Under the pieces are notes generated by a model. That model saw nothing but the letters and a program-made list of their open reading frames with translations. It did no database searches and was not told the origin of the DNA. DNA of 64,000 nt from NCBI GenBank assembly GCA_963771885.1, contig CAVYVF010000002.1, positions 288,001 to 352,000 on the forward strand. The letters are read 5' to 3'. Both the position numbers and the translations under genes were made by a program. Below are positions 58,934-64,000 of this stretch, one piece after another. The stretch is from Candidatus Bathyarchaeota archaeon (GTDB lineage Archaea > Thermoproteota > Bathyarchaeia > TCS64). Numbering within the stretch: the stretch's first letter is position 1; every line of letters starts with the position of its first letter.

Positions 58934-59149
58934 TTGAACAACCAAGACGTCGAGACATGGAAAATAACCGCCATCATCCTCGGCATAATATCCATAGCGA
59001 TGTTCCTCATCCAGAGGTCGAACTACATGTTTCTCGACGTGTTCTTCGAGTTCTGCATATTCCATGTCCCCGCGATAATCGCAGTTGGTGTCTACGTCTA
59101 TCTTAGAAAAACACCCAGCCTCGTCATCGAGGGCTTAAAGAGCGGTTAG
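58934..59149 (+). CDS. Small membrane protein (2 TM)
   Basis: Two hydrophobic segments; fills the gap between rpoK and the convergent gene. Confidence 0.55.
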   Translation: MNNQDVETWKITAIILGIISIAMFLIQRSNYMFLDVFFEFCIFHVPAIIAVGVYVYLRKTPSLVIEGLKSG

Positions 59150-60315
59150 ACACTCCTCGTTTTAGTGATAGTTTCTGATACCTCGACACCACGCGCCCTA
59201 AGGCTGCTGAGAAGTTCCTCAAAGAGTTCGCCCTTGATTATCCTGACGGGCCACTGGATACCCTTCTTCGTCACAGCGCCGCGTGCGAGTATCCGGGCAA
59301 TGATGGCTGCAGTGAAGCCCGTCGTCTTCGCCATCGAAGTGACGTGGTGCTCCTCGTCGTACTCGTCCAACATCTCGTAGTTCACGTTTATATCCCGCCC
59401 ACCGCTTTTTCCCGAAGCGTTGACCTGTAGGACGGTTATATCCCTGTCCCCCGCCGCCTCATCAAACTTAATTATGGGGTAAATGAGCTCGTGGAAGAGG
59501 TCGACTGGGACGATCTCCCTACCCTGATAGACGATAGGTTTGTTGCCGATGACGCCGAGGTCAAGCAGGAACATGAGTTTATCGACGAATCCGCCGTACC
59601 TGATAGTCTTGCCGCGGAAGTTCTTGACATTCTTTTCTTGGCAGAGCTTGAGGAGGCTTGAAGGGAATCCATCGATGAACGCCTCCATCTCCGGGTACTG
59701 GTTGACGAAGATTCCTTCTACCTCGCTGTAGCGGTCCATCTCCTTGAGCTTCCCGTCGACGATCATAGGCACCTTGCCTGGGCGTATCGGCATCCTCGTG
59801 CCCCCGAAAACGATCTTGTAGTCGAGCGGGGGCTTCGGGTCCTTCGGCAGACCACCGCAGGCGAAGCTCACCTCATCGATCTCGTCCATATACTCCATCG
59901 CCTGCCCACAGAGGAGGTCGATGAGGCCCGGGTCGACGCCACACCCAGGTATCACGGTGATACCCGCCTTCTCTACCTCCATATAGATGTCTCCCTCCTG
60001 AGGATAGCCTCCTCCAGCGAGGTCAACTATGTTTGTCTTAGCCGCTATGGCCGCCTTGAGGGTGCCCATACTGAACTTGGCGGCTGTGGAGTTGACGACT
60101 ACGTCGTATCCCTTCATCGCAGCGACAAGCTGCTCGTGGCTCGTGATGTCGACCTTCCTCGTGTCGAACTTCCTGTTGTCAACGTACTTCGTCGCCGCGG
60201 CTAGCTTACCCTCATCGATGTCGCAGCCTGTGACCCTGACGGTCTCAGGGTCCTCGGCGCAGTCCTTGGCGACGGCGGGACCCATGAGCCCCATGCCCAG
60301 AACAAGGATCTTCAT
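59146..60315 (-). CDS. Saccharopine dehydrogenase / lysine 6-dehydrogenase family
   Basis: LG.G.MG, GCGVDPGL, GGLP..PKPPL.YK, KTIRY.G, TSMAKTTGF. Confidence 0.9.
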   Translation of the reverse strand: MKILVLGMGLMGPAVAKDCAEDPETVRVTGCDIDEGKLAAATKYVDNRKFDTRKVDITSHEQLVAAMKGYDVVVNSTAAKFSMGTLKAAIAAKTNIVDLAGGGYPQEGDIYMEVEKAGITVIPGCGVDPGLIDLLCGQAMEYMDEIDEVSFACGGLPKDPKPPLDYKIVFGGTRMPIRPGKVPMIVDGKLKEMDRYSEVEGIFVNQYPEMEAFIDGFPSSLLKLCQEKNVKNFRGKTIRYGGFVDKLMFLLDLGVIGNKPIVYQGREIVPVDLFHELIYPIIKFDEAAGDRDITVLQVNASGKSGGRDINVNYEMLDEYDEEHHVTSMAKTTGFTAAIIARILARGAVTKKGIQWPVRIIKGELFEELLSSLRARGVEVSETITKTRSV

Positions 60316-60462
60316 GTCACAAACCTGAGTGTAGAAGCGTGGTAATCGTATTAACGGTTGCCTATGACACCCATCGTCTCACGTCGAAGATACTATCGTT
60401 TCATGACGAAGTGCTTAAATAGGCTTGGGACATTCAAGGAGCAAAACCGGAAGGATATAAAA

Positions 60463-61665
60463 GTGATCGACTTTTCGTTCACCGAAGAGCAGCAGCTTTT
60501 CCGCGAGTCCATCAAGGACTGGTTATCAAAGAACATGACCCTCGAGCAGGTCAGGGAGAATGACACGAAACACCAGATCCCCAAGAGCTACATGAAGGGG
60601 CTGGGTGACCTTGGCCTCCTCTGCCTGACGCTCCCCGAGGAGCACGGCGGCGCTGGCGCAGACTGGATCACGGCGACGATTGGCGCTGAGGAGCTCGGTT
60701 ACGCCGACATCAGCGTCGCGTCTCCCGTCTTCTACCTCGTCCAGGCTAGCTGGGGCTATGTAGTCGACAGATATGCCCAGGAGGCGGTTCGTGACGTCTG
60801 TCTGCGCAAGGCTGCGCGCGGTGAGTCCTTCATTGGCATCGGCGCTACGGAGCCCGGTGGCGGTAGCGACGTCGCCGCCTTCAAAACGATGATCAAGAAG
60901 AACGATGGTGGCTACGTTCTCAACGGTGAAAAGTGCTACATCAGTGGGACCGCCGAGGCGTCCGAGATGGGCGGAGGCTACTTCGTTTCCGGCTACACAG
61001 ACAGGCCAAAGGGCCACAAGGGGATGAGCGCATTATACATGCCGATCAACGCCTCCGGCGTCGAGATCACTAAGCGCTTCGACAACATGGGCAGGATGGC
61101 CATCAGCACGGGCGGCTTCAAGATGACCGACGTCCAGCTGCCCAAGGAGTATCTCCTCGGCGAGGAAGGCAGGGGCTTCTACTACACGATGGAGGGCTTC
61201 GACGCTGCGCGTGTCATGGTCTCAGCCAGCTGCATCGGCGCGGCGCAAAGGGCGCTGGAGCTCGGCATGGAGTACACAAAGCAGCGCATGGTATTCGGCC
61301 AGCCTATCGCCAAGTTCCAGGGCGTCCAATTCGACCTCGCCGACATGGCGGCGCACCACGAGGCCATCAAGAGCCTCGTCTACCGCACTGCTTGGATGCT
61401 CGACCAGAAGTACAAGACCGGTAAATTCGACGCCCTTACCGTCAATAAATACCTTGCCATGTGCAAGTACCTCGCACCCCACCACGCTCTCGATGTCTTC
61501 CGCAGAGTCCTCCTCATGATGGGGGCCTACGGCTACACGAAGGAATGTCCACTTGAGATGGGGCTTCGTGGCATCATGAGCTATTGCATCGGCGCCGAGG
61601 GCGCGGCGAATGTCCAGAAGGTCATCATCAGCCGCGAGACTTTGGGCCGCGAGTGGCGCGCCTAA
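60463..61665 (+). CDS. Acyl-CoA dehydrogenase
   Basis: LPEEHGG, TEPGGGSD, LNGEK.YIS, LGEEGRGF, Y.KQR..FGQPI.KFQ, GAYGY. Confidence 0.95.
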   Translation: MIDFSFTEEQQLFRESIKDWLSKNMTLEQVRENDTKHQIPKSYMKGLGDLGLLCLTLPEEHGGAGADWITATIGAEELGYADISVASPVFYLVQASWGYVVDRYAQEAVRDVCLRKAARGESFIGIGATEPGGGSDVAAFKTMIKKNDGGYVLNGEKCYISGTAEASEMGGGYFVSGYTDRPKGHKGMSALYMPINASGVEITKRFDNMGRMAISTGGFKMTDVQLPKEYLLGEEGRGFYYTMEGFDAARVMVSASCIGAAQRALELGMEYTKQRMVFGQPIAKFQGVQFDLADMAAHHEAIKSLVYRTAWMLDQKYKTGKFDALTVNKYLAMCKYLAPHHALDVFRRVLLMMGAYGYTKECPLEMGLRGIMSYCIGAEGAANVQKVIISRETLGREWRA

Positions 61666-61723
61666 GCCGGTTATCCTCATTTTAATATCCATCCTGGCAT
61701 CAACAGTTTACCGGTGTATTTGG

Positions 61724-62186
61724 ATGGACGCTTTTAGGGAGCATCTGGTAAAGTCGCTTAAGGGTGGACAGGCATTCGTCGACTACAAGACAGGGCTCTA
61801 CGGCGTGAAGCCGGAGCTACGAGGTGTGAGGCCGAAAAAGACTATACACTCCGCCTACGAGGAGCTGGAGCACATGCGCCGGGCGCAGGAAGACCTCTTA
61901 GACTTCGCCCTCGACCCCAACTGGAAGCCGACTGAGTGGCCCACAGGCTTCTGGCCCGAGCCCGGGCATAAGCCAACTGAGGAGGAGTGGAAGAAGTCGG
62001 TGGACGGCTTCTTCAAAGGGGCAGAGGAGGGCGCTTAAGCTGGCAAAGGACGAGGGGATTGACCTGCTCTCAATAGTACCCCAGACCGAGAACACCTACC
62101 TACGCGAACTCATGATAATCATCGAGCACAACGCCTACCACTATGGGAAGATACTCGACATAAGGAAGGGGTTGGGCGACTGGTGA
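61724..62186 (+). CDS. DinB family protein, frameshift ~62030
   Basis: HS..E.LEHM; second frame YLREL.II.EHNAYH.G...IRK.LG.W. Confidence 0.85.
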
Positions 62187-62189
62187 TAG

Positions 62190-62883
62190 CTATTTGACCT
62201 GCGTGCCACACATGTTGCAGAACCGCTGCTCCGGCCTGAGCTGGTTCCTGCACTTGGGGCACGTCGTCTGCTGGTGTACCTGGTGGAGTCCTGTACCGCA
62301 GTTGAGGCAGAACCTATCCTGTGGACCGACAGCCTGCCCGCAGTTGTGGCAAAACTTGCCTCTAGGTGCCGCTTGAGATACAGGCGCAGGAGTTGCGTAC
62401 TTTGGCGCCGGCTGCTGATCGCTTGTTGGCGCCCTCTGCTTCGCCGTGTTTTTAAGTCATCTATCCAGTCTTCAAACCCCTTAAGGCCGGAGAGACACCC
62501 TGCCTGTAGACGTAGCCCTTCTCAGCTCCCGGCGTCTGGGAGTCAATCTGTAGGAGCTTCGCTCCGAGTTCACTCTTCTGACCGACGTTCGTAATGTCCT
62601 GTAAGTGTATCTCGAAGCTATCCGGCCTCTGCAGAGCCTCGTCGATCTGCTCCTTTGGGACTTTTGTGACTGTCCTCATCGCCTCACTGCCGATTATGCC
62701 ACCGAGCAGGCTGCCGGCGACCAGACGCTTGGCGAACTCGCCGCCCGACTGAGCGAAGATGACGCGTTCGTTTGTGAGAAGCAATGTCCCGCCTGGTGGG
62801 TTGAACCTGTACTTCTTTTCCCCCTTCTGGTATAGGTTGATGCCGGACTCGGTCCGGAGCAAAGTCTCTTCGGCGTGCGACAT
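62190..62883 (-). CDS. PH-like N-terminal domain plus double zinc ribbon protein, frameshifts ~62490 and ~62452
   Basis: GTLLLTNERVIF (PH-like strand pattern); joined frames give FCHNCG..FCLNCG..CPKC..FCNMCG. Confidence 0.75.
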
Positions 62884-63045
62884 AATCCCGCTTATATAAT
62901 ATGACAGATGTTTCTTTAAATCATTAACCGAGAAACGAAAAACGCCTAAAATTTTCTTCATTATATATAAGAGCACGCTATTTTATGCCCCACCCGAGAC
63001 CGTTAATGTTAAAGACGTTCTAGATGGATCATAGCACGACCCGTC

Positions 63046-63984
63046 ATGAGTATGAAGGATCGCTTCATCGGAAAGGACTTTCTTACCCTAATGGACTACT
63101 CGGCAGTCGAGATCAACTACATGCTCGACGTAGCCCAGCAGCTAAAGTACAAGCGGATGATGAAGGAGCCCCACAACTATCTCGAGGGGCGCACCATCGC
63201 CATGATCTTTGAGAAGAATAGCACCCGCACACGCTTCAGCTTCCAGGCAGGCATCGCCCACCTTGGCATGCAGAGCTTCTACGCGACCCCCGACACTATG
63301 CAGCTGGCGCGTGGCGAGCCCATCAAAGATACGGCGCGCATCCTCGACAGGTACTGCGACGCACTAGTCATCAGGACATACGGTCAGGAGATAGTCGACG
63401 AGTACGCCAAATACATGAAGAACCCTGTCATCAACGCGCTCACCGACCTCGTCCACCCCTGCCAAGGCCTCGCCGACATGCTCACCATACGTGAGCACAA
63501 GGGCAAGATCAAGGGCCTTAAGCTCGCATACGTCGGCGACCCGTGGAACGTCTGCCACAGCCTCATGACATGTAGCAGTCTCCTAGGTATGGACTGCTAC
63601 GTCGCCCTCCCCAAGGGCTGGGCACCCAACCCCAAGATCACCAAGTTCGCCGAGGAGCACGCGAGCATCGGCCACACCCAGATGGTCGTCACAGACGACC
63701 TCGAGGAGGCGCTCAAGGATGCCGACGTCGTCTACGCGAACACATTCCACAGCATGGGGCACAAGGACATCGAGGCAGCGAAGGTCGCCTTCGCCAAGTA
63801 CCAGATCAACGACGAGACCATAAAGTGGGCGAAGCCCGACTCCATCTTCATGCACTGCCTACCCGGCTACCGCGGCGAGGAGATGACCGACTCAGTCATC
63901 GAGGGCTCCCACAGCGTCGTCTTCGACGAAGGCGAGAACAGGATGCACACCGAGAAGGCGGTCCTTGCCCTCTGCGTCGCATAA
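63046..63984 (+). CDS. argF: Ornithine carbamoyltransferase
   Basis: FEKNSTRTR.SF, E...DTAR, PVINALTD..HPCQ, FMHCLP..RGEE, ENR.H. Confidence 0.93.
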   Translation: MSMKDRFIGKDFLTLMDYSAVEINYMLDVAQQLKYKRMMKEPHNYLEGRTIAMIFEKNSTRTRFSFQAGIAHLGMQSFYATPDTMQLARGEPIKDTARILDRYCDALVIRTYGQEIVDEYAKYMKNPVINALTDLVHPCQGLADMLTIREHKGKIKGLKLAYVGDPWNVCHSLMTCSSLLGMDCYVALPKGWAPNPKITKFAEEHASIGHTQMVVTDDLEEALKDADVVYANTFHSMGHKDIEAAKVAFAKYQINDETIKWAKPDSIFMHCLPGYRGEEMTDSVIEGSHSVVFDEGENRMHTEKAVLALCVA

Positions 63985-64000
63985 GCCACACCTTTTCTCT

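Noticed and set aside
3593..62883. About 15 frameshifts (tiaS x2, tlpA, M20 copy 3, mmsA, SDR, 41214 ORF, ileS x3, padR, dinB, DZR x2) as programmed frameshifting or mass pseudogenisation
   Set aside because: They are single-base indels, often in short runs, share no slippery motif, hit essential genes, and come without in-frame nonsense decay. Sequencing or assembly error is the simplest explanation; read mapping would confirm.
1..64000. CRISPR arrays, rRNA, inteins, transposases
   Set aside because: No regularly spaced repeats, rRNA-like tracts, intein motifs in lig or ileS, or transposase ORFs were seen

Overview
Archaeal chromosomal segment, most consistent with a TACK lineage such as Bathyarchaeia. 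This is an inference from eS25, Rpo7/Spt4/eS24/eS31, Rpo6, TiaS, proteasome alpha, BHB-intron tRNAs, CofE and multiple stand-alone Lrp/AsnC domains. The window is gene-dense housekeeping plus heterotrophic metabolism: peptidases, amidohydrolases, a beta-oxidation/ETF module, MmsA, acyl-CoA dehydrogenase and ArgF. I found no CRISPR array, rRNA, transposase or integrase. About 15 single-base frameshifts occur, including in essential tiaS and ileS, so the assembly is probably error-prone. Signals missed by the ORF track: (1) three zinc-binding microproteins, one a textbook C2H2 finger with its own terminator and an AT-rich upstream region of helically phased repeats; (2) a GH4 glycosidase gene reduced to its two ends with an unrelated small gene between them; (3) two promoter-linked structured RNA candidates, one near ybaK/TOBE and one as the ileS leader; (4) a tRNA-Gly(CCC) with C at three normally-U positions; (5) an IleRS with non-canonical GVHH/EMHKS signature motifs; (6) a tandem M20 peptidase triplet whose third copy has lost catalytic residues. 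All product calls come from recognising motifs by eye; no searches were run.
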